Shown here piece by piece: positions 45,013 through 52,861 of a stretch of DNA of 64,000 bases (position 1 is the first letter of the stretch; each line of letters opens with the position of its first letter). The notes beneath the pieces were generated by a model. That model made no database searches, was not told the origin of the DNA, and saw only the letters and a list, made by a program, of their open reading frames with translations. Source of the stretch: a virus. Both the position numbers and the translations under genes were made by a program. The DNA is taken from positions 28,528 through 92,527 of IMG/VR virus record IMGVR_UViG_3300005534_000001. One strand, written 5' to 3'.

Positions 45013-46913
45013 TGAGCTCTATTCCCTTGCCTGCTTTGGCCGTAAAGGCTCCTGAAAGCCCACTGAATCAGTACGCCCAAGCCTTGTCCATCAAAAGCCT
45101 AATGGGCAATCAGCAACTTCAGGCTGGCCAGCAGCAATTACAACAACTTCAGATCAAACAGGCGAAGCAACAGCAGCAAGATTCAGATACTTTCCGCAAG
45201 GCTTTTCAGGATAACAACGGAGACTTCGACAAGAGTATTGCAGCAGCCGTCAAGGCTGGCATTTCTCCGCAGATGGTGACTCAACTACAGGCCCATGCGC
45301 TGGACGTTAAGACTAAGACTGCTGCATTGACAACGGACCAATTGAAAAACCAAGCTACCCAGAATGATAATTTGGTCGGACTGATCAAGCCCATAGTGGA
45401 TGCTCCGGCAGAGAAAAAAGCGGCTCTTTACCAGCAAAGCAGGCAGCAACTTTTGCAGAATCCTGCCATGTACGGGATTAACGATCCGAGTCAAATTCCA
45501 CCAGAGCAATATCCCGGAGATGACGCCATGAAGTCTCAAATGGCTCTTCATCAAGGTGGTAAACAGCAAGCAGAACAGGCCATCAAAGAAAGAGAGGTAG
45601 CAGCCGCAGAAACCAGGGCCAAGAATACTGGCGGGGTGGATATGGCTGTTTACAATTCTCTTACCAATCCTCAACCTCCAGCACCCGGAGCAGCAGCATC
45701 CCCAAACCAGGTGCCACAAGTACCGCTATCACCTCAAGCACAACCTCCACAAGTTCAGCCACCAAGCACTCAGGCACCTCAAGTTCAACCTCAGCAGCCT
45801 ATCCCTATCGGCATGGGGGGAATGCCTGCAATAACGCCAGAATCATTGATGGCGAGAAGCGGAATTTCAATTGATCCTCAAAGCGGGAAACTGGTAAGGC
45901 CGAATCCGGGTGCAAATGTTCAGCCGATACCGAACGCAATGCCGGGACAGAATCAGCCGCAACCCATTCCTAATGCTGATCCGAATAATCCGGCACAGAT
46001 GCAGCCAGTGGTTAATAAGCCATTGACTCCAGTTGAGGCTTTGGCGAAGATCAACGAGACCAAGGTGGAAGCAAAATCCCCTCCACTTGGTGCCGATAAA
46101 GTCAAGCAGTTCAACGATGGCCTTACGAGTCGCTGGCATATATTGCATCCAAATCAACCGTTGCCAGATGCTTACACATTGCCAGCGACCGCCACACGCA
46201 AAGATTACGAGGACATCGACAAGTCTCTTGAACAGCACGAGAAAGCGGTGGGAACAAAGGCCCAGCAGGACACTGTCAATGCGATTCGCAGCCAGACGGC
46301 AACTATGGCTCAGCAGGCCGCTGAAGATCGCCATGCAACGCTAGGAATGCAGCCTGTAGTTGGCACCGATGCGGACGGTAATCGAGTACTCGTATCAAAA
46401 TCCGATGCCGATAAAATGGGACTTACCGGACTCAGCAAAGCGGATGCCGATCTGCAAAATAAGTCTGAAGCGGCCCGCCACTGGTTAACTCTAGCCAGCA
46501 AGCAAGGCCAGACGCCTGAGACGATGGGTATTTCACAACTCATAGACAAAATGGACAAAGAAAACAAGCTCGGTGTTGTCACTTCCAGATGGAACGATTT
46601 CATGGCTGGCAAGGTCGGCGCTGGCGATCCTGAGTTTACGGCGCTTCGGGCAAAGATGGGTCTGGCCAATACGAAATTGATGCAGGCCCATGTCGGCAGC
46701 CGAGGCGGTGCGTTCATGCTGGAGCACTTCGAAGACTTGGCCAATGCCGGGAAAATGAATGCCAGCACCTTGAAATCGGCTGTCAATTCCGAAGTGGACT
46801 ACATGCAGGATGTGGCGATGCTTCCAAAGGCCAAGAAAACGACGCAACCCAAACAAACTCAGCCAGCCAACAACAGTGGCTTCGATCCTGCATTCACTCC
46901 CATAAATCAATAG
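45012..46913 (+). CDS. DNA ejection protein (gp20-position), Q/P-rich
   Basis: Position, Q-rich helices, TAATG coupling. Confidence 0.65.
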   Translation: MSSIPLPALAVKAPESPLNQYAQALSIKSLMGNQQLQAGQQQLQQLQIKQAKQQQQDSDTFRKAFQDNNGDFDKSIAAAVKAGISPQMVTQLQAHALDVKTKTAALTTDQLKNQATQNDNLVGLIKPIVDAPAEKKAALYQQSRQQLLQNPAMYGINDPSQIPPEQYPGDDAMKSQMALHQGGKQQAEQAIKEREVAAAETRAKNTGGVDMAVYNSLTNPQPPAPGAAASPNQVPQVPLSPQAQPPQVQPPSTQAPQVQPQQPIPIGMGGMPAITPESLMARSGISIDPQSGKLVRPNPGANVQPIPNAMPGQNQPQPIPNADPNNPAQMQPVVNKPLTPVEALAKINETKVEAKSPPLGADKVKQFNDGLTSRWHILHPNQPLPDAYTLPATATRKDYEDIDKSLEQHEKAVGTKAQQDTVNAIRSQTATMAQQAAEDRHATLGMQPVVGTDADGNRVLVSKSDADKMGLTGLSKADADLQNKSEAARHWLTLASKQGQTPETMGISQLIDKMDKENKLGVVTSRWNDFMAGKVGAGDPEFTALRAKMGLANTKLMQAHVGSRGGAFMLEHFEDLANAGKMNASTLKSAVNSEVDYMQDVAMLPKAKKTTQPKQTQPANNSGFDPAFTPINQ

Positions 46914-46914
46914 C

Positions 46915-49599
46915 ATGACCGAAACTCAACAGCCCCAGAACAGCGATCCTCCGGTTTACGTCTACAGCCCTCCCGATAAGGATGGGAAGCAGACGCTCGG
47001 CACCGTGCCAACGTCCCAACTGTCGGACGTTTTGAACAATGGAAAGGGATACAGAAAAGCCGTGATGATGACGGCTCCAGACGGGAAAACTAAAGGATGG
47101 GTACCTCCGACCAAGGTTACCGAACTGCTCAAACCGGAAAATGGGTACAAGATCGGTCCACCATCCGCAGTGCAAGAAGGGGCGATATCGAGATTTCTAA
47201 AGGGTGCTGGCGGTGATTTAGCAAATATGGGGGAAGATCTTGCTACAACCGCAATGCCCAACTTTGATAAAAATAATGCAACTTCATCTCTCGCGAATCA
47301 AAGCTGGCAAGACTTAACCAGCAACGAGGGCATTGGTGGCCCAGCGAATGTGGCATTGATGCCGCTTGCTAGGCTGATAAAGGGTGCAGCGAGGGCGCAA
47401 TACCAATCATCCGTAGACATGCAAGAGAAGGCATCAAAGGCGGCGGAGAAAGGCGACAACGCGGGAGTGATGATCAATTCAATCGGCGCAGGGTTGCCCC
47501 TGGTTGGCCAATTGATTAATGGAATTTACGAGCAGGCCGATTCGGGCGATACTGCCGGCGCAGCGGGTAAGGGCTTGGTCCGTGCAGCAATGGCCGCTAG
47601 TATGGCTCCAGAAGGGAGCGTAATACCAAACCCATTGCGCGCAACTGCAAATGCGGTCAATAAGATTATCCCCGCACCCAAACCGCCCTTAGCCCGCACT
47701 CTGCCAAATCTGAGTAGAGAATCAGCAGCCACAGCCACGCCTCATATTCAATCTGCGGCTCAAGACCTCGGAATTGATCTCACAAAAGAGCTTCCCGTTG
47801 ACCCAGAAACCGGACAAGCAATGACAACAGCAGATGCTGTCCGTTCAGCCGCCAAATTAGCAAAACACAAACTGATGCTCCATGCCGACCAATCCGCAGG
47901 CGAAGGACAGACATTCCACGACCTTCCGGAAGATGTGCAGCAAGGATATCGCGATCAGCTCAAGGCTATTTCAGAAGTTGAAAAAACGGTAGGAGATGCA
48001 CAAGCGCAAGCGGCCAAGAATACCAGTGCTCCCACTACTCGCGGCCAGGCTGCACTTGATGTCGCCAAGGGTGCTGGAAAGATTGCAATTGCCGATACGG
48101 CTGGAAGACTAATCCCAGGTGGAAGGCTTGTTGCCGATGCGGTCGGAGTTGGTGCCGGTGGATCTCAGGTGGTACGCGGCATCAAAGGATTGATTAGGCC
48201 CAACGCAGTAACCCCAGAGGTGCTCAATACGCGCCTACAGCAAGCATTCAGCCGCATGGGGCCATCCAATGTACCGGGAGTACCACCAGAGGCAGCAGAA
48301 GCCCCTCAGCCCTACCAGCCAGTAGAAGATACAGTAGTAGAGCATACCGGAATACCTCGTCCACCAGAAACGGCAGGCGGGGATGTAGGCGTGACTCCTG
48401 TTAATCAGAATCCCCGCACAGTTTCACAAGTGGCCGACTCTTCGCGCTCACCAGTCCAACAACCTCCAGAATGGCAAGGCCCGATTCCGCAAAGAGAGCC
48501 GATGGCAGTAGCCTCTCCTGTCAATAGGGCTCCAGTGCGCATTTCGGAACCATCGCAAGTTCCAATACAGGAGCAACCACAATGGCAGGGGCCAATACCT
48601 CAACGGGAACCAATCGGAGAACCCATAGCGCAATCTCAGCCTGCTCCAGAAGCACCCGCTAACACGCCGCAGCCTTTCAAGGCTAAGACTCCCGAAGCGG
48701 CATTGACTGAAACCCTTAAGAAAGCAGGCGTAGCGGCTCCAAAGGCCACGCAGCAAGGATTTGAGCATGGCGTACCCGGCTCAACTCTTCCGGTACGCGA
48801 CTTCGAAACATTCCCAGGAGCAGATACTGGAGAAAAAGCGGCTCTTCAATCACTTACTCACTATTCAATCAATGAATTGAGGGCCATTGCTCAGCAGAGG
48901 GGCATAAAAGTAGCAGCGGGAGATTCACACGTTGATCTTATTGGCAAAATCCATGACGATCTTACGCCCGAAGAAATCCAGCACTTTCACGATGCGGCCA
49001 CAGCCCAAGAAACAGCAAGACAGTCTCCGGTAGGCCCAGGCGTTCAGCATCCTGAAAATTTAGCAATTGCTAAACAGTTCTACGATTCCGCGAACAAACT
49101 TGAACAGGCAGGCGGCAAGCCTTATGACGTAGCAGCATATCGAACGGGAGCACGAGCGATTGAGGATCATCCCGAACCGATGTCCAAACTTGACCCAAAA
49201 GACATTCAGAAAATCCCAGGAATCGGCAAGAAGTTAGGGCAAGAGATTCAGAACCATCTGCATCCACCTGATGAGGATTTAACTGTAAAACTTCAGGAAT
49301 CAATTGATCAGGCGAAGGCAGGCCAGAGCCAAAAAGTAGGCGGCCTTAGCGATGCAGCAGACAATCAGGATATTGCCACAGCCAAAGCCACTCTAGGGCC
49401 AGATGCTTCAGTGAGTCACGTCTTACTTGAGGCTCAGAGATTGAAAGATATTCGCAATGGAGCAAATCTCAGAGGATCATCCGAAGATGCTTTTTATACT
49501 GCGAAGGCAAAGCAGGCTCTTGGAGATAAGGCTTCAGCAGAAGATATCGCAGCGAAGGCTAAAGAGTTGAAGGCGGCAAATCAACGCCCAAAGAAGTGA
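46915..49599 (+). CDS. large ejection protein (gp16-position) with HEH-like and PolX-N-terminal HhH domains
   Basis: Position; YSINELRAIAQQRGI..DLIGKI; IA..F...A..LE..G.....AAYR..A.AI...P......IQKIPGIGK. Confidence 0.7.
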   Translation: MTETQQPQNSDPPVYVYSPPDKDGKQTLGTVPTSQLSDVLNNGKGYRKAVMMTAPDGKTKGWVPPTKVTELLKPENGYKIGPPSAVQEGAISRFLKGAGGDLANMGEDLATTAMPNFDKNNATSSLANQSWQDLTSNEGIGGPANVALMPLARLIKGAARAQYQSSVDMQEKASKAAEKGDNAGVMINSIGAGLPLVGQLINGIYEQADSGDTAGAAGKGLVRAAMAASMAPEGSVIPNPLRATANAVNKIIPAPKPPLARTLPNLSRESAATATPHIQSAAQDLGIDLTKELPVDPETGQAMTTADAVRSAAKLAKHKLMLHADQSAGEGQTFHDLPEDVQQGYRDQLKAISEVEKTVGDAQAQAAKNTSAPTTRGQAALDVAKGAGKIAIADTAGRLIPGGRLVADAVGVGAGGSQVVRGIKGLIRPNAVTPEVLNTRLQQAFSRMGPSNVPGVPPEAAEAPQPYQPVEDTVVEHTGIPRPPETAGGDVGVTPVNQNPRTVSQVADSSRSPVQQPPEWQGPIPQREPMAVASPVNRAPVRISEPSQVPIQEQPQWQGPIPQREPIGEPIAQSQPAPEAPANTPQPFKAKTPEAALTETLKKAGVAAPKATQQGFEHGVPGSTLPVRDFETFPGADTGEKAALQSLTHYSINELRAIAQQRGIKVAAGDSHVDLIGKIHDDLTPEEIQHFHDAATAQETARQSPVGPGVQHPENLAIAKQFYDSANKLEQAGGKPYDVAAYRTGARAIEDHPEPMSKLDPKDIQKIPGIGKKLGQEIQNHLHPPDEDLTVKLQESIDQAKAGQSQKVGGLSDAADNQDIATAKATLGPDASVSHVLLEAQRLKDIRNGANLRGSSEDAFYTAKAKQALGDKASAEDIAAKAKELKAANQRPKK

Positions 49600-49831
49600 G
49601 CCATTGCTCCGTATCGTGCTTCATCAGATCATCAATTTCTGCCAAGCGCTTAAGTGTTTCTGGTGGATAAACAGTCTCGGATATCTCTCCATGTTTTAGC
49701 GAGATGCTGAATGGGCTCTTGAGCATTATCTCGGCCTTCATGCGAAGGAATGGTTGAATCCTGAAGTGCCACTCTCGCCTGAGTTTTACTGGGTCAACTG
49801 GGCGATGGATAAGAATGGAATTGTCAGCCAT
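49559..49831 (-). CDS. antisense hypothetical protein
   Basis: ORF filling the gap between structural genes. Confidence 0.45.
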   Translation of the reverse strand: MADNSILIHRPVDPVKLRREWHFRIQPFLRMKAEIMLKSPFSISLKHGEISETVYPPETLKRLAEIDDLMKHDTEQWLTSLGVDLPPSTL

Positions 49832-49920
49832 TGTAAACGAACCCTTTTGTAGGGAAGAATTTTTTCAGATTCCATCCACCAAACTCTAAATCTTACATCT
49901 CCCAAAATCAAGGAAAATAA

Positions 49921-51195
49921 ATGGCCTCAGTAGCTCTAACACCAGTCCCAAGAATCCAGTTCTTCGACATCAACGGGAAACCTCTGGCAGGCGGAAAAGT
50001 CTTCACATACGCCGCAGGAACAACCAATCCTCAAGTTACCTACACTGATTCAACTGGACTTGTACCAGCGGCCAATCCGATTATCCTTGATGCTGGAGGA
50101 TTTGCAAGCATATGGCTTGGAGCTCTGGTTTACAAGATCGTGGTTCAGAGCTCATTGAACGTCACGCAGTACACGGTTGACGGAGTTTCGGATATCGGCC
50201 AATTACTGAAAGTCAATTCTATCATCGGCAATCCAGCAGCGAACGCCCAGCAGAACATTTCAGGTCCACTTAGTCTTGGGATCTACCAGATTCAGGCGGG
50301 ATACTTTCTCTCGAACTCTGCTAATCCAGCACAAAGCGGCTCCATCAGACTTGCCAATGGCGATCTATTTGTATTTAGGAATGCAGCCAATAGCGGCGAC
50401 ATCGCTCTTTCAAACGACGGTCCAGCCGCGCCCGCTAATGGGAATCTTGCCGATGTTCTCGAATGGGACGGAGGCGGAATACAAAGCGCATCATTTGTTG
50501 ATTTGAGCGCTGCGCCGGCACAATCGGGAGTCGTGCGAGTCGGCAATAATGTCTCGGCTCTCGTTGCCAGAAATGCCGCTGGCAATGCGGATGTTGTAAT
50601 CGCTCTTCTTGATGCTACGAATATCGCAGTTCTCGGTGGAGCTACAGGAGTAAAGTTCATTGGCCCAATCAATGCCAACTCCCAGAATATTCTCAATGCC
50701 AAATTTCCAGTGCCGGCCAACGGCAACCAGATCTCTCTCTTGGATGTCCAAGGTCCAGGGAATGCTATTGTTGGCACTGGTGCTGATGTGGCCCTATTTA
50801 CGGCCACGGCTCCGATAGCTCCAAATACCGTAGCTGCGGGGAAAGGAATCAGGATAACAGTATGGACTCAGCACACAAATGGCAGCGCCTCGGTAATGTA
50901 TAAACTTAAGTTCGGCGTTACGACTTTCGAGTCTCACGCCATTGCTCCTCAAAACACAGCGCTGCTTGACATGATAGTCTATGAAATATTCAATAATGCT
51001 GGAGTTCAGAACTCACAATATTACGTAGCCAGCGGATTAGAGAACCTATCAGGAAATGCTACATCGGTTCCCTTTATGTTCAACAACACAAACGCCTTCG
51101 ATTTTACGCTTGCACAGACTCCAAGTTTTGCGTTTAATGTGGCCGCCACAGATAGCGTTAAGCCTCTCTTTTGGAAAGTGGAATTGGTGTTCTAG
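49921..51195 (+). CDS. tail fibre/spike with P22-gp9-type head-binding N-terminus (no signal peptide, no Cys)
   Basis: QFFD.NG.PLAGGK.FTY.AGTT.P..TYTD.TG....NPIILD. Confidence 0.85.
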   Translation: MASVALTPVPRIQFFDINGKPLAGGKVFTYAAGTTNPQVTYTDSTGLVPAANPIILDAGGFASIWLGALVYKIVVQSSLNVTQYTVDGVSDIGQLLKVNSIIGNPAANAQQNISGPLSLGIYQIQAGYFLSNSANPAQSGSIRLANGDLFVFRNAANSGDIALSNDGPAAPANGNLADVLEWDGGGIQSASFVDLSAAPAQSGVVRVGNNVSALVARNAAGNADVVIALLDATNIAVLGGATGVKFIGPINANSQNILNAKFPVPANGNQISLLDVQGPGNAIVGTGADVALFTATAPIAPNTVAAGKGIRITVWTQHTNGSASVMYKLKFGVTTFESHAIAPQNTALLDMIVYEIFNNAGVQNSQYYVASGLENLSGNATSVPFMFNNTNAFDFTLAQTPSFAFNVAATDSVKPLFWKVELVF

Positions 51196-51374
51196 GCAAC
51201 TTTCTCTTCGCCCCAAAGAACATGATCAGGAATCGGCCTCGGTTCCATGAAATAACTGGTAGGAATGATATCCAATTTCTGTTCAAGCAAACGAGCGCGT
51301 GGAATCGGCGGATTGTCTATCAGTTCCGCGAGTACTTCATCGGCAATGATTCCGTCGAGGCGCATCGTATCCAC
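51192..51374 (-). CDS. small hypothetical protein, probably leaderless
   Basis: TGG-TATCAT extended -10 lies 6 nt upstream of the GTG. Confidence 0.4.
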   Translation of the reverse strand: MDTMRLDGIIADEVLAELIDNPPIPRARLLEQKLDIIPTSYFMEPRPIPDHVLWGEEKVA

Positions 51375-51539
51375 ATGAAAATGATACCATTTATGTCAAA
51401 TTTGGTTGTATATCGGGCGCAAAACTGTAAGGAATGGCCTGTTGTTGTCGGTATGCTTAACGTTTTCGGACAAAATGAGCGCAATACTTAAATCGTTAGG
51501 CTCTGTCAAAACGGTGAAATTGAGCAGTGTTTTAAGTTT

Positions 51540-51613
51540 TGGTCGGGCTGGTCGTAATCGAAACGACGTCTTACGATCCCAAATCGTAGGCTTGACCTTC
51601 CAGCTACAGCCCG
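51540..51613 (-). tRNA. tRNA-Pro(TGG)
   Basis: Manual cloverleaf CGGGCTG..TACGA-TTTGGGA-TCGTA..GTCGT-TTCGATT-ACGAC CAGCCCG A CCA. Confidence 0.9.
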
Positions 51614-51651
51614 ACATTGCCGATTACCGACTTACGTAATCGGGTAATTCA

Positions 51652-51727
51652 TGGTGGACCCGGCGAGTTCCGCCCTCGCTGCCTCCTGATTGCAAAACAG
51701 GCGCTCTCCTAATTGAGCTACGAGCCC
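51652..51727 (-). tRNA. tRNA-Ala(TGC)
   Basis: G3:U70 pair, loop TTTGCAA, encoded CCA; atypical T-loop GGCGGAA. Confidence 0.85.
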
Positions 51728-51737
51728 ACATTCGAAT

Positions 51738-51813
51738 TGGAGCCGAGAGTCGGAATTGCACCAACGACATCTCCTTTACAAGAGGAGCGCTCTACTGTCT
51801 GAGCTATCCCGGC
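51738..51813 (-). tRNA. tRNA-Thr(TGT)
   Basis: GCCGGGA acceptor, CTCCT-CTTGTAA-AGGAG, T-loop TGCAATT, CCA. Confidence 0.9.
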
Positions 51814-51820
51814 AAAACAT

Positions 51821-51893
51821 TGGCGGCCAAAAAGCTGGCAAACAACCTCACGTCATGGAATTTCAGGTTCCATTCCGTATTCGCGATCTGCCC
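51821..51893 (-). ncRNA. degenerate tRNA-like element (pseudo-tRNA, TGA in loop)
   Basis: GGGCAGA/TTTGGCC-G-CCA acceptor-like stem, ATGGAA-CCTGAAA-TTCCAT arm, weak T arm, no proper D arm. Confidence 0.5.
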
Positions 51894-51900
51894 GCCAAAA

Positions 51901-51994
51901 TGGAGGAGAGTGCAGGATTTGCACCCGCGTATGCCGGGTGCTCCGACATTCGCCAGCTTTCAAGGCTGGTGCCTTACTACTCGGCCAACTCTCC
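51901..51994 (-). tRNA. tRNA-Ser(TGA)
   Basis: CCAGC-CTTGAAA-GCTGG, long variable arm, T-loop TGCAAAT, CCA. Confidence 0.9.
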
Positions 51995-52249
51995 AAACTC
52001 TACTGGAAACCTAAACCTCTGTTTGTGCTGGTTCCCGATGTGATTACCTTGGCAAATGTCACAGAAATAAATACAGACCATGCCGCCCTGTTTTGGCAAT
52101 TGCTCTGCCGTGAGCATCGCTGCCAAGAAATTCTGATAGCTAAATTTCCCAATACACCCTCTGACATGCCGTGCGCGAGTCTCGTCCTTAGCTTCAGGAT
52201 GCCGCTCTTTCCAATCATCGTATACTCGCCGCCACATTTTCTTGGACAT
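51977..52249 (-). CDS. Zn-finger phage protein (C.GK..Y...Y.C..C...H.G)
   Basis: Motif; 3' end overlaps the 5' 18 nt of tRNA-Ser. Confidence 0.6.
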   Translation of the reverse strand: MSKKMWRRVYDDWKERHPEAKDETRARHVRGCIGKFSYQNFLAAMLTAEQLPKQGGMVCIYFCDICQGNHIGNQHKQRFRFPVEFGELAE

Positions 52250-52255
52250 AAATTT

Positions 52256-52286
52256 AAAAAGGCTCCCGTTTTATAGGAGCCTTTTT
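52256..52286. terminator. bidirectional Rho-independent terminator
   Basis: AAAAA-GGCTCC-loop-GGAGCC-TTTTT. Confidence 0.75.
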
Positions 52287-52307
52287 ACCTGTCAAGATGC
52301 AAGGCCC

Positions 52308-52613
52308 CTACATGGAAATACCCGCCGATGGCGTGGCTGACGATGCCGGGGCTGTAGCAATGAAGTTCACAGGCAGAAGTATTCCACAGCAGCACAAAGA
52401 AGTCAATCCCGATTTTTGTCGGCCATAATCTTGAGCAGTTTCCTGAAGTGCGCAGATGTCTCCAGAGCAATCCGGTTCGGCTACATGGTTCCCGCAATGA
52501 CAGGCGTAACAGTGCCCGTATTTTGGATCGTGGCTGCACAGGGTACAGAAGCACATTCTTGCGCCTGATTTATCAAGCAGGTCGCAGAGTTCTTTGAATG
52601 GATCTTTGGTCAT
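52308..52613 (-). CDS. Cys-rich hypothetical protein
   Basis: Multiple C/H motifs; ATGA overlap. Confidence 0.45.
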   Translation of the reverse strand: MTKDPFKELCDLLDKSGARMCFCTLCSHDPKYGHCYACHCGNHVAEPDCSGDICALQETAQDYGRQKSGLTSLCCCGILLPVNFIATAPASSATPSAGISM

Positions 52614-52861
52614 TGAACTCCTTCATCGAATTCAAAACATTCAACAGGAATTGCACCGCGCTTCTGTTCGACCACTTCGCGGTATTGTCTGTCTTTGTAA
52701 ACCCTCCCGCAAAACCTGCATTCAACTTCGGCCAGAAATATCTCAGCGTGAACCTCGATTTCAATTGGCGATTGAGATTCGTAGATCTTACGAATCTTGT
52801 CACAGCATAAGGCCCACGCCGGAAGTTCTGCGATTGTCTTTGGCTTGGCTCGAAGTATCAC
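52610..52861 (-). CDS. hypothetical Zn-ribbon protein
   Basis: CC..CxxC; GTGA overlap. Confidence 0.5.
   Translation of the reverse strand: MILRAKPKTIAELPAWALCCDKIRKIYESQSPIEIEVHAEIFLAEVECRFCGRVYKDRQYREVVEQKRGAIPVECFEFDEGVQ

Noticed and set aside
25433-50807. Numerous 60-230 aa ORFs antisense to or nested in portal, coat, fibre and ejection genes
   Set aside because: Shadow ORFs of long genes, with no RBS or recognisable motifs.
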